DNA of 54,513 bases. It comes from a virus. Lineage: Duplodnaviria > Caudoviricetes. The stretch is taken from positions 1 through 54,513 of the IMG/VR virus record IMGVR_UViG_3300025652_000089; one strand, given 5' to 3'. The translations under genes and the position numbers were made by a program. The notes beneath the pieces are model-generated. The model was given only the letters and a program-made list of their open reading frames with translations. It had not been told where the DNA came from and did no database searches. This document shows positions 40,379 through 47,081 of the stretch, in pieces (position 1 is the stretch's first letter; each line of letters starts with the position of its first letter).

Positions 40379-40865
40379 GATGTTTCTTTATATAGTTAAT
40401 CACGTTTTTTTTTGATTTTGATAGATTAGATTTTGATGTTCCGAGAGATATATTTAAAACCTCAGCAATCTCGTGATGCTTATACCCGTCTAGTAGGTAC
40501 ATCTTAGCCACCTTTAGATATGAAGGTGAAAGACTTTCTATAGCATCGATAACCAATTGGTTAGGTATACCTTCCATGTATGGTTTTTCCTCCTCCTCTG
40601 CGTAGTCATACCTATCAACCAAGTCTGTGTCGTATGTAACCTTTTGGGTCTTACGCCTTCTGTAACTATCTATTGCGGTGTTAATTACAATACGCTTTAT
40701 CCACCCTTCTAACGAGCCTACGTTGTTAAAGCTATCCTTGTACCTTATTACCTTCAAGAAAGCCTCTTGGACGCAGTCTTCTGCATCCTCAAGGCTTCCT
40801 AGGTATTTCCTAGCCACAGCTATATACTGTGTGTAGTTATTATTGCATACGTTAATAGCATCCAT
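40365..40865 (-). CDS. ECF-type sigma-70 factor
   Basis: DAEDCVQEAFLKV...GSLEGWIKRIVINTAID; region 4 GYKHHEIAEVLNISLGTSKSNLSK. Confidence 0.9.
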   Translation of the reverse strand: MDAINVCNNNYTQYIAVARKYLGSLEDAEDCVQEAFLKVIRYKDSFNNVGSLEGWIKRIVINTAIDSYRRRKTQKVTYDTDLVDRYDYAEEEEKPYMEGIPNQLVIDAIESLSPSYLKVAKMYLLDGYKHHEIAEVLNISLGTSKSNLSKSKKNVINYIKKHHDDR

Positions 40866-40878
40866 TCGTATAGCATAA

Positions 40879-41367
40879 TTAGTTTATCTTCTCGGTTAAA
40901 CCCATTACTAAACCAATCTCGTTGAGATAGTTAAGTATTTCTCTCGACCTTGAGTCTTTATGATTTTGATACAAATATAGTGCAATTTCTACAGTCTTGT
41001 TTCCGTGAATTATAGTTGCATGATTTCTATCAAGTATATTACCTATGCTTGTCAAACTTAGCCCATACTTGTTGTGTAGTATGTATCCAATGCATTGTCG
41101 TGTTAATACTATCTCACTATCTCTGCAAGGGGATAATAACTTCTCCTTAGAAATTTCGGGTAGCGCATTAACAACGTCATTAACCATGTTATGTGCTGAC
41201 TGGATTATTACTTCGTTAGAAGATTTAATCTTATAGTTGTTTTTCTTCAGAATCTTACTGACCTTTGACCGTAATCCTTTTGCCTCGTTCTCTAAATCTT
41301 TGATTCGGTTATTGATTTCGATTACTTGTGCATCAACTGTTTGTATTCTCTTTGCGATTGTTTCCAT
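40879..41367 (-). CDS. DnaA C-terminal (domain IV)-like HTH protein with N-terminal coiled coil
   Basis: LLSPCRDSEIVLTRQ..GYI......SLTSIG....RNHATIIHG matches DnaA domain IV. Confidence 0.8.
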   Translation of the reverse strand: METIAKRIQTVDAQVIEINNRIKDLENEAKGLRSKVSKILKKNNYKIKSSNEVIIQSAHNMVNDVVNALPEISKEKLLSPCRDSEIVLTRQCIGYILHNKYGLSLTSIGNILDRNHATIIHGNKTVEIALYLYQNHKDSRSREILNYLNEIGLVMGLTEKIN

Positions 41368-41371
41368 TATA

Positions 41372-41530
41372 TTATACTATATCTGTGTTTACTAAATTGT
41401 TATATACTTCCTTTCTCACCTTGCCTTGCAACTGAGGTGTTAGCTTATTAAACTCATCCGAACGACTTAGCTTGATGCCAACCCGTTCAGATAATTTAAT
41501 AGCCATTATTTTAATCTCACTCTGCGTCAT
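41372..41530 (-). CDS. hypothetical protein (52 aa)
   Basis: Hand-translated MTQSEIKIMAIKLSERVGIKLS...NTDIV*, fills gap. Confidence 0.5.
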   Translation of the reverse strand: MTQSEIKIMAIKLSERVGIKLSRSDEFNKLTPQLQGKVRKEVYNNLVNTDIV

Positions 41531-41531
41531 A

Positions 41532-41720
41532 TCACCCTACGGTTTCGTACCATTCTTGGTCAATCATTGCTTGGTGGTTGTGCCTCTCTGCATCCTCGTC
41601 TGTCACACTGGTTGGTATACCATCGTGGTCTACGTCTACAAGTGGTTTGTCTAGAACATTAATGAAGCAATCTATTATGTCAATCTTTAGCCTATCGAGT
41701 AGTGTTGTTTTCTTTTTCAT
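41532..41720 (-). CDS. hypothetical protein
   Basis: 62 aa preceded by the AGGTGATG..CTTACCATC motif. Confidence 0.65.
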   Translation of the reverse strand: MKKKTTLLDRLKIDIIDCFINVLDKPLVDVDHDGIPTSVTDEDAERHNHQAMIDQEWYETVG

Positions 41721-41729
41721 AATTTAATT

Positions 41730-41748
41730 GATGGTAAGAACATCACCT
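41730..41748 (-). promoter_or_regulatory. conserved pre-start motif AGGTGATG-N1-3-CTTACCATC, copy 1 of 5
   Basis: 9 nt upstream of ATG 41720. Confidence 0.8.
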
Positions 41749-41804
41749 ATTTGTTTATTGGTTTTTGGTTTATCACAATTTTGGATTTGAATCCAGTAAA
41801 AGTA

Positions 41805-42095
41805 TCACAATTTTGGATTTGTTTCATAGTTGCTGCAATTTTTAAAAGTATCGCAACTTTCAGGTATTACAAATGCTGAGAAGTTCTCACCCAACCCTTC
41901 TTTTGGTTGGTTATGTAAGGCTTTTACCAAGCTACCATTTGCAAACCCTAAAGGAACTACATCATCTCCACCTTTATACCACGCATTTAAGTTGTCGGTA
42001 TATTTACCGCTGCACTTACCGCATTTGCAAAACCTTTCTTCATCTTGCATTAATCGAACTACATCTTGGCAGTTCTTGCATAATATTAATTTCAT
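41805..42095 (-). CDS. Cys-rich (zinc-binding) hypothetical protein
   Basis: CKNC...CKCGKC. Confidence 0.65.
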   Translation of the reverse strand: MKLILCKNCQDVVRLMQDEERFCKCGKCSGKYTDNLNAWYKGGDDVVPLGFANGSLVKALHNQPKEGLGENFSAFVIPESCDTFKNCSNYETNPKL

Positions 42096-42136
42096 ATAAT
42101 TAAGTCTTTTTCTTTTAATGCGTTCATAATGTAATT

Positions 42137-42155
42137 GATGGTAAGTGCATCACCT
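42137..42155 (-). promoter_or_regulatory. pre-start motif, copy 2 of 5
   Basis: 9 nt upstream of ATG 42127; overlaps TAG stop of upstream gene. Confidence 0.8.
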
Positions 42156-42369
42156 ATAAAACTTCTTCAGCGTAGTAATTAATTGATTCAAATATATATT
42201 CGCACACATTTTCGCAATTCATTACCTTATCTAAAATTTCTTGCGCATCATCTACTTCACACTCATGATGTCTTAATACATCATCAATGCACCATAGGTT
42301 CTGTGTATAATACCCCCGAAGTTCTAACTCTCTTCTTAATTCTTCTTCTGATACGTTCTTTAAATTCAT
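42154..42369 (-). CDS. hypothetical acidic protein
   Basis: 71 aa, WCIDDV motif, preceded by the repeated motif. Confidence 0.7.
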   Translation of the reverse strand: MNLKNVSEEELRRELELRGYYTQNLWCIDDVLRHHECEVDDAQEILDKVMNCENVCEYIFESINYYAEEVL

Positions 42370-42377
42370 AATTGATT

Positions 42378-42396
42378 GATGGTAAGAGCATCACCT
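42378..42396 (-). promoter_or_regulatory. pre-start motif, copy 3 of 5
   Basis: 8 nt upstream of ATG 42369. Confidence 0.8.
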
Positions 42397-42416
42397 TTTA
42401 ATTTGATTTGATTTGA

Positions 42417-43001
42417 TTATTCTGTTTCTAAAGTTTCGCTTAATGAATCTAAAACTTTATTGACATCCTCTTTAGATGCATACTTACTTGCTTTCTTTAC
42501 AAAGTCATCAACATCTTCTTTAGATGCATCTTGCAACCATTCAATTTGATTTTCAACCCAGTAATCCCTATCTAGATAGTTGTATTCGTACTCTGAGTAT
42601 GTAAACTCTTGTCTAGATGTTTCCCCACTAGGGTCAAAATCTGTAACGCCTGCAAAGTCGCAGCCCTGTTCGCTATACTCGATACTACCTATTAAGTTAT
42701 ATACCTTGCATAGTTCTTCAACAAACTTTTTCATAGGTGACCAAGCACTATCTCCTCTTAATGATATAGTGTTTGAATCTACTTCCACCTCAAATTCAAA
42801 CCATCTACTACCATAGAAGTAGTGGTCACGTTTGTCTTCATCGAAGTTGTAGTTGAACTCATCTCTGACCTTGAGAACATAGTCACACCATCCGTTTAAA
42901 TAATTAAACTTATCGTATGTGTCTGTTAGTCTATCTCTTAATTCTTTTATAGACTCTTTATCACCCTCTAGGTGAATCTGATTGTAACAATGATTTGCCA
43001 T
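42417..43001 (-). CDS. YubB/DUF1281-like ferredoxin-fold protein
   Basis: MANHCYN.....G, YGSRW, DSAWSP, YSEQGCDFAG pattern. Confidence 0.65.
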   Translation of the reverse strand: MANHCYNQIHLEGDKESIKELRDRLTDTYDKFNYLNGWCDYVLKVRDEFNYNFDEDKRDHYFYGSRWFEFEVEVDSNTISLRGDSAWSPMKKFVEELCKVYNLIGSIEYSEQGCDFAGVTDFDPSGETSRQEFTYSEYEYNYLDRDYWVENQIEWLQDASKEDVDDFVKKASKYASKEDVNKVLDSLSETLETE

Positions 43002-43010
43002 AATAAATTC

Positions 43011-43028
43011 GATGGTAAGACATCACCT
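43011..43028 (-). promoter_or_regulatory. pre-start motif, copy 4 of 5
   Basis: 9 nt upstream of ATG 43001. Confidence 0.8.
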
Positions 43029-43271
43029 ATTTGTTTGATTTATAATTTGGTTTCACCACCAATACCCCGATACTAATGAAAGTACCGAGGCGTTAAGTGG
43101 ACTTACTGTCTAATTGGATAGTTATTTAACGTGTTCTCTATCCCAGCCACATGGTCTGTATTTTTTGCTATGGAAGTGTTTGACTTCTTTCACTCCGCAC
43201 GTTAATAAATAACACAGTGGTCTGACTCAAGGCTTCTACCAGACTGTACGCTAAGTAATTCTCTGTTTAAT

Positions 43272-43335
43272 TAACAACATCTCATCTGACTCGCACAGAT
43301 AGTGTCTCGTATATCCTTCTAGGAGATGGTTGTTA
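43272..43335 (-). ncRNA. structured RNA motif, copy 1 of 2
   Basis: 32-nt core identical to 45144-45175, enclosed by a long stem; strand inferred from flanking genes. Confidence 0.65.
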
Positions 43336-43391
43336 TTTACTGAAATAGTAGCACCATGTTATTTTAAACTTTAATTTGTTTATTGGTTTGG

Positions 43392-43673
43392 TTAATGCCT
43401 TGCGTATTCTTTGTAATCTTTATCTGTTTTTACTTTATTCTTAACTACACTTATCCCGTGATGAATACTTGAATGATTTATCTCGTATCCATTGTTAGCC
43501 ATATACTCTTGTATGTAAACTTGTTTTATTGGTCTCTTGTCACATAAGTAGTACAGTAGCTGTCTTGCGTCTACAATATCTCTACGCTTTGTCTTACTGA
43601 ATAACTCCTCTTTGCTCACATCGAACAAAGCACATACTTGGTCAACGTATTGACTGAAAATTTTATACTTCAT
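43392..43673 (-). CDS. second DnaA domain IV-like HTH protein
   Basis: LFSKTKRRDIVDARQLLYYLC...HSSIHHG. Confidence 0.75.
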   Translation of the reverse strand: MKYKIFSQYVDQVCALFDVSKEELFSKTKRRDIVDARQLLYYLCDKRPIKQVYIQEYMANNGYEINHSSIHHGISVVKNKVKTDKDYKEYARH

Positions 43674-43685
43674 ATTAACTTGATA

Positions 43686-43934
43686 TTAGTGGGTATTCAA
43701 ACACCCGATTTGATTATACATAAATAGTTCAACAGTATCTAGGTCTAGTGAACGCTTACCATGCCCTTTACCAGTGGGTCTATACAAAAACTTGGCATCA
43801 CTAAGTAGTTCAATAAAGTGACCATCCTCGTACATGATTACTCCAGTTGTTTTCTTATGAAGTAAAGATGGGTCTATGTTTTTTGGTATTCCTTGAAGAA
43901 AACCACTGCTTTGAAATTCTTTTAATGTTTTCAT
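43686..43934 (-). CDS. hypothetical protein
   Basis: ATG at 43934 (MKTLKEF...) below a TATATTTG promoter at 43950-43957. Confidence 0.6.
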   Translation of the reverse strand: MKTLKEFQSSGFLQGIPKNIDPSLLHKKTTGVIMYEDGHFIELLSDAKFLYRPTGKGHGKRSLDLDTVELFMYNQIGCLNTH

Positions 43935-43966
43935 TGTAATTAATTTATACAAATATAGTAAATTAT

Positions 43967-45046
43967 TTAGACGTGTAATTGTCTTGAGTTTAACACTTCA
44001 TTTTCTCTGAACCAGTTACCACAAGACGAACAGTAATAATTGTGAAACAAATCATGCTCAACGTCAGAAAAACACTCTCCACACATAGGGGTGTCTTCAG
44101 TAGGGAATGAATCATCGCTCCATCCAATATCTATTGCTTGGTGACTCTCAGATGCATCAAAACTTGGCTCGTCAAGGTAAGACCTATAGTTATCATAAGA
44201 ATGTGGTTGTTCAAATGATTTATGAAGTTGAGTATTGCTTGATATTTCTTTTGGGTTAAAATATACCCAACAACTTATTGTTTTGTCATTTACTACAATA
44301 GGTATTTGCACTCGTCTGTACCATTGTGGATGACCTTCTAGTGCATCTAGTTTATCCATCTGTACATCACTTACCTTAAACACATCAACATCTACGTTAT
44401 GACCAACGCCTTTTTTATTGACAAGGTAGGGCAGACCGTTTACTATTAATGGATATTTATCCTTAGTGAATCCTGTCCCTATGTGAGTTGCTTTATCAAG
44501 GTATGAGTAGTAGTTGCTATAACCTTTTTTTAATGTCCCATATACCGCAACAAGATTATCTTGTAACACGTTAGCTTTTGAATACCATATACCATCTCTA
44601 TATGTATACAAGTTTCTGTTGTAGATTTGAAAAGAACGAGTCCTTAAGTTTATTGATACAAACCTTGATTCGTAGGTTTCTAGTTTACTTCTCCATGCTT
44701 TCCTTTTAATTGAACCTAGCTGTATTGCTAGTTGCTTGCTGTCGCAAACATTATCATTTCCTAACCCCTGTATAGTTCCGTTATGCATAAGTAACTCATC
44801 TTTGTTCTTACCACACACAAAGGGATGAGTATTCTCTAAGTTCACAGCACCTTTGGTTGCATATCTAAAGTGGGCAATGAATGGTCTATTTGTTAGTAGT
44901 ATTTTATACTCATCTGAATTGTGATAAGTAACTTTGAATGTATCTAGCCATACAATCCCTAATCCATCGGGATTTATTTTGCTTGATGTTTTTGCGATGT
45001 CTTCTGACATCATGTTGTCTTTCTGTTTAATAATAATTACACACAT
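43967..45046 (-). CDS. class II glutamine amidotransferase (Ntn) fused to gamma-glutamylcyclotransferase (AIG2-like) and C-terminal Zn ribbon
   Basis: Met-Cys N-terminus, NPDG.G, HFRYAT, HPF, MHNG, DS; then VAVYGTLKKG, LDALEG...YRR; CGEC...CSSC. Confidence 0.85.
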   Translation of the reverse strand: MCVIIIKQKDNMMSEDIAKTSSKINPDGLGIVWLDTFKVTYHNSDEYKILLTNRPFIAHFRYATKGAVNLENTHPFVCGKNKDELLMHNGTIQGLGNDNVCDSKQLAIQLGSIKRKAWRSKLETYESRFVSINLRTRSFQIYNRNLYTYRDGIWYSKANVLQDNLVAVYGTLKKGYSNYYSYLDKATHIGTGFTKDKYPLIVNGLPYLVNKKGVGHNVDVDVFKVSDVQMDKLDALEGHPQWYRRVQIPIVVNDKTISCWVYFNPKEISSNTQLHKSFEQPHSYDNYRSYLDEPSFDASESHQAIDIGWSDDSFPTEDTPMCGECFSDVEHDLFHNYYCSSCGNWFRENEVLNSRQLHV

Positions 45047-45134
45047 AATTAACTTGATTTAATTGGTTTAAAAAGCGAATATACAATAATATTCTAATAT
45101 AGGTCTATTTCTTTTTTAATAAACTAACAATAAA

Positions 45135-45201
45135 AATAACAATATCTCATCTGACTCGCACAGATAGTGTCTCGTCTACCCTTCTAGAAGATATTGTTAT
45201 T
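45135..45201 (-). ncRNA. structured RNA motif, copy 2 of 2
   Basis: Same 32-nt core, different but fully pairing 13-bp outer stem. Confidence 0.65.
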
Positions 45202-45220
45202 ATTTATCTAATACGTTTCG

Positions 45221-45598
45221 TTACCCGAATATCACTTCTCCATAGAATACAGTTTGTAAGATGACATCAGCAGTACACGCATCATCGTTCTCATTGATGG
45301 CATCCATTAGGTGTTCTATAGGCGTCTCTTGCACCTTGTCATGAACGTCTTTCAATGTTATTGACCTGTTATATTCACCGTCACATTCTTCGTCCATAAC
45401 TTTTAGCGCATTGCCATCCCTTAGTATTTGCATTAGTATATCTTCATAGCAATAAGTTTTTCCATTAGATATAGCTTTTTCATAATCAGACTTTGTAAAA
45501 TCTAATTCTATGCCATATCCAGATATATAATCTAATCCATTGCAAATAGAATTATAGAATAACTCTTCTGACTCTTTTTTTGTTAATGTAACCTTCAT
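45221..45598 (-). CDS. hypothetical protein
   Basis: 125 aa, DACTADVILQ..FYGEVIFG C-terminus. Confidence 0.75.
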   Translation of the reverse strand: MKVTLTKKESEELFYNSICNGLDYISGYGIELDFTKSDYEKAISNGKTYCYEDILMQILRDGNALKVMDEECDGEYNRSITLKDVHDKVQETPIEHLMDAINENDDACTADVILQTVFYGEVIFG

Positions 45599-45879
45599 AA
45601 TTTTTTTTGGCTGTTATATTCTTTAATAAATTCTACTATTACTTGGTATACTTTGTTTATATCGCAAGTCATAACTGCCTCTGCAATATTTTTACTCATA
45701 TGTTCTTGATAACACTTGTCTACTACGGGCATCAGCCAATCCCAAGAGGAATGGTAATGTGTGTCTACGATAGTGCGGATGTTATCATCTGAATAGTGTA
45801 CATTGATGTACCCATTCATTTCATAGGTTTCAAAACCTTCAAACTCAGCTATAAGTCTGTTGTTTTCTTGTGTGTTCAT
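45595..45879 (-). CDS. hypothetical protein
   Basis: NNRLIAEF...YHSSWDWLMPVV; start placed at 45879 by the repeated pre-start motif. Confidence 0.7.
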   Translation of the reverse strand: MNTQENNRLIAEFEGFETYEMNGYINVHYSDDNIRTIVDTHYHSSWDWLMPVVDKCYQEHMSKNIAEAVMTCDINKVYQVIVEFIKEYNSQKKL

Positions 45880-45888
45880 AATTGTTTT

Positions 45889-45908
45889 GATGGTAAGTAA
45901 CATCACCT
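45889..45908 (-). promoter_or_regulatory. pre-start motif, copy 5 of 5
   Basis: 9 nt upstream of ATG 45879. Confidence 0.8.
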
Positions 45909-45914
45909 ATTGGT

Positions 45915-46001
45915 TTATAAAAATATAATTGCCATGATTATAATAATGATGCAGAAGGCATTAAGCATTGGCTCTGTGATTGTAAATTTGTTATTACTCA
46001 T
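45915..46001 (-). CDS. 28-aa hydrophobic micropeptide
   Basis: MSNNKFTITEPMLNAFCIIIIIMAIIFL*, ATGA-coupled to upstream gene. Confidence 0.4.
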   Translation of the reverse strand: MSNNKFTITEPMLNAFCIIIIIMAIIFL

Positions 46002-46309
46002 ACTTTCTCGTTAATTATTTCTTCACCATATATGTAAGCTAACATATTTACAACCTTTTCACTGTTATCGTAAACACTGGTTGCTTCACCGAAATTATCT
46101 AGTTCATATTGTTGACAAATGCCTACTGCTTCAAACGAATCTATACTATGCTTTTTAAGCCATTCAGACGCTTGGTAATAACCAATGATATAATAGTCCT
46201 CATTGAATGCTAAATGATGCCAATCGTCTCGGTTATTGTCAGTTAGCACCGCCTCATTGATAAGGTCTGAAACGTATGCGTTTAACTCTTCTTTAATACT
46301 TGCTTTCAT
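45998..46309 (-). CDS. acidic early protein (possible Ocr-like DNA mimic)
   Basis: 103 aa, acidic, helical, own promoter-like TACATTCG at 46339-46346; Ocr-like function is a guess. Confidence 0.55.
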   Translation of the reverse strand: MKASIKEELNAYVSDLINEAVLTDNNRDDWHHLAFNEDYYIIGYYQASEWLKKHSIDSFEAVGICQQYELDNFGEATSVYDNSEKVVNMLAYIYGEEIINEKV

Positions 46310-46389
46310 TTTTAATTGATTTTAATTGGTTTGTTTTACGAATGTATACAAACATTTTAATACTTGTCTAAATTACGTCTATTGATTTG

Positions 46390-46542
46390 TTAATTTTTGT
46401 TAATTGCCTTCAACAACCCTCTATTTACTGTAGGGTTTCTAGTCGCAAACCTATCTATTGCTTGCCATTTACTTACTCCGTACTCCTTACCTATCTTAAG
46501 ACCATTTAATAAAATAGTATAGGCTTTTTTGCACTCTTGCAT
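46390..46542 (-). CDS. hypothetical protein (50 aa)
   Basis: Hand-translated MQECKKAYTILLNGLKIGKEYGVSKWQAIDRF...KN*. Confidence 0.55.
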   Translation of the reverse strand: MQECKKAYTILLNGLKIGKEYGVSKWQAIDRFATRNPTVNRGLLKAINKN

Positions 46543-46565
46543 TTTAGATTTTTTTAAGTGGGTAT

Positions 46566-46904
46566 TCAAATACCCGTTTGGTTTCTAGTTAATTCATTTA
46601 CGATGTGTATGTTGTCATGATGGGTTTTTATACCCATGTCGTAACAACTCACAATCATTTTGCAAGCATTCTCTTGCTGTTCCGTTAAGTCTTGACCTAA
46701 GAACCTTAACGCTTCGTTTTTCTGGCTCTCAGTAGGTATGTACTCACCGCCCGCTGTATAGTAATCAAACGCACTCTTTGCTCTGTTTTTCTCTGCCTTT
46801 TTAGCTTGTTTTTCTCGCTTTGCATTTGCGTATTCATAATCATTACTCATTTTCTCAGCGTATGCCTTTGCTTGCGCTTTGCTTGGTCTCCATTTGTAAC
46901 CCAT
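46566..46904 (-). CDS. hypothetical protein
   Basis: 112 aa, MGYKWRPSKAQ..., A/T-rich leader. Confidence 0.7.
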   Translation of the reverse strand: MGYKWRPSKAQAKAYAEKMSNDYEYANAKREKQAKKAEKNRAKSAFDYYTAGGEYIPTESQKNEALRFLGQDLTEQQENACKMIVSCYDMGIKTHHDNIHIVNELTRNQTGI

Positions 46905-46994
46905 AATTTAATCAATTTGCGGCCTTCCTTCATATGTGTTCCCACTCCTATGCATTCAGCCTAGTTTATTCATCATGCGTATAGCATAATATAG

Positions 46995-47049
46995 TTTCCG
47001 TTTCGTCCTTTTGGACTCATCAGTATGGGCGAATACCCATAGACGGAAA
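46995..47049 (-). ncRNA. type III hammerhead ribozyme
   Basis: UUUCCGUC^UAUGGG-UAUUCG-CCCAUA-CUGAUGA-GUCC-AAAA-GGAC-GAA-ACGGAAA: complete catalytic core, three perfect stems, GUC cleavage triplet. Confidence 0.93.
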
Positions 47050-47073
47050 GGAGACGCTAAGCGCGTCCCCTTT
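47047..47073 (-). other. hairpin between amidoligase stop and hammerhead
   Basis: AAAGGGGACGC-GCUUA-GCGUCUCCUUU; 3' U's shared with hammerhead stem III. Confidence 0.6.
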
Positions 47074-47081
47074 GCGATTTG

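Noticed and set aside
40865-40877. 13-bp match (TTCGTATAGCATA) to part of loxP
   Set aside because: No second arm and no tyrosine recombinase; explained as part of the three-copy 16-mer
41771-41821. 19-bp direct repeat tatcacaattttggatttg
   Set aside because: Local duplication of a gene end; no transposase or further copies
43272-45201. tRNA genes
   Set aside because: T-arm-like hairpin only; no cloverleaf, anticodon arm or CCA; no tRNA recognised anywhere in the window
41730-45908. CRISPR array interpretation of the five-copy motif
   Set aside because: Spacing is irregular (240-2900 bp), intervals are whole genes, no cas genes
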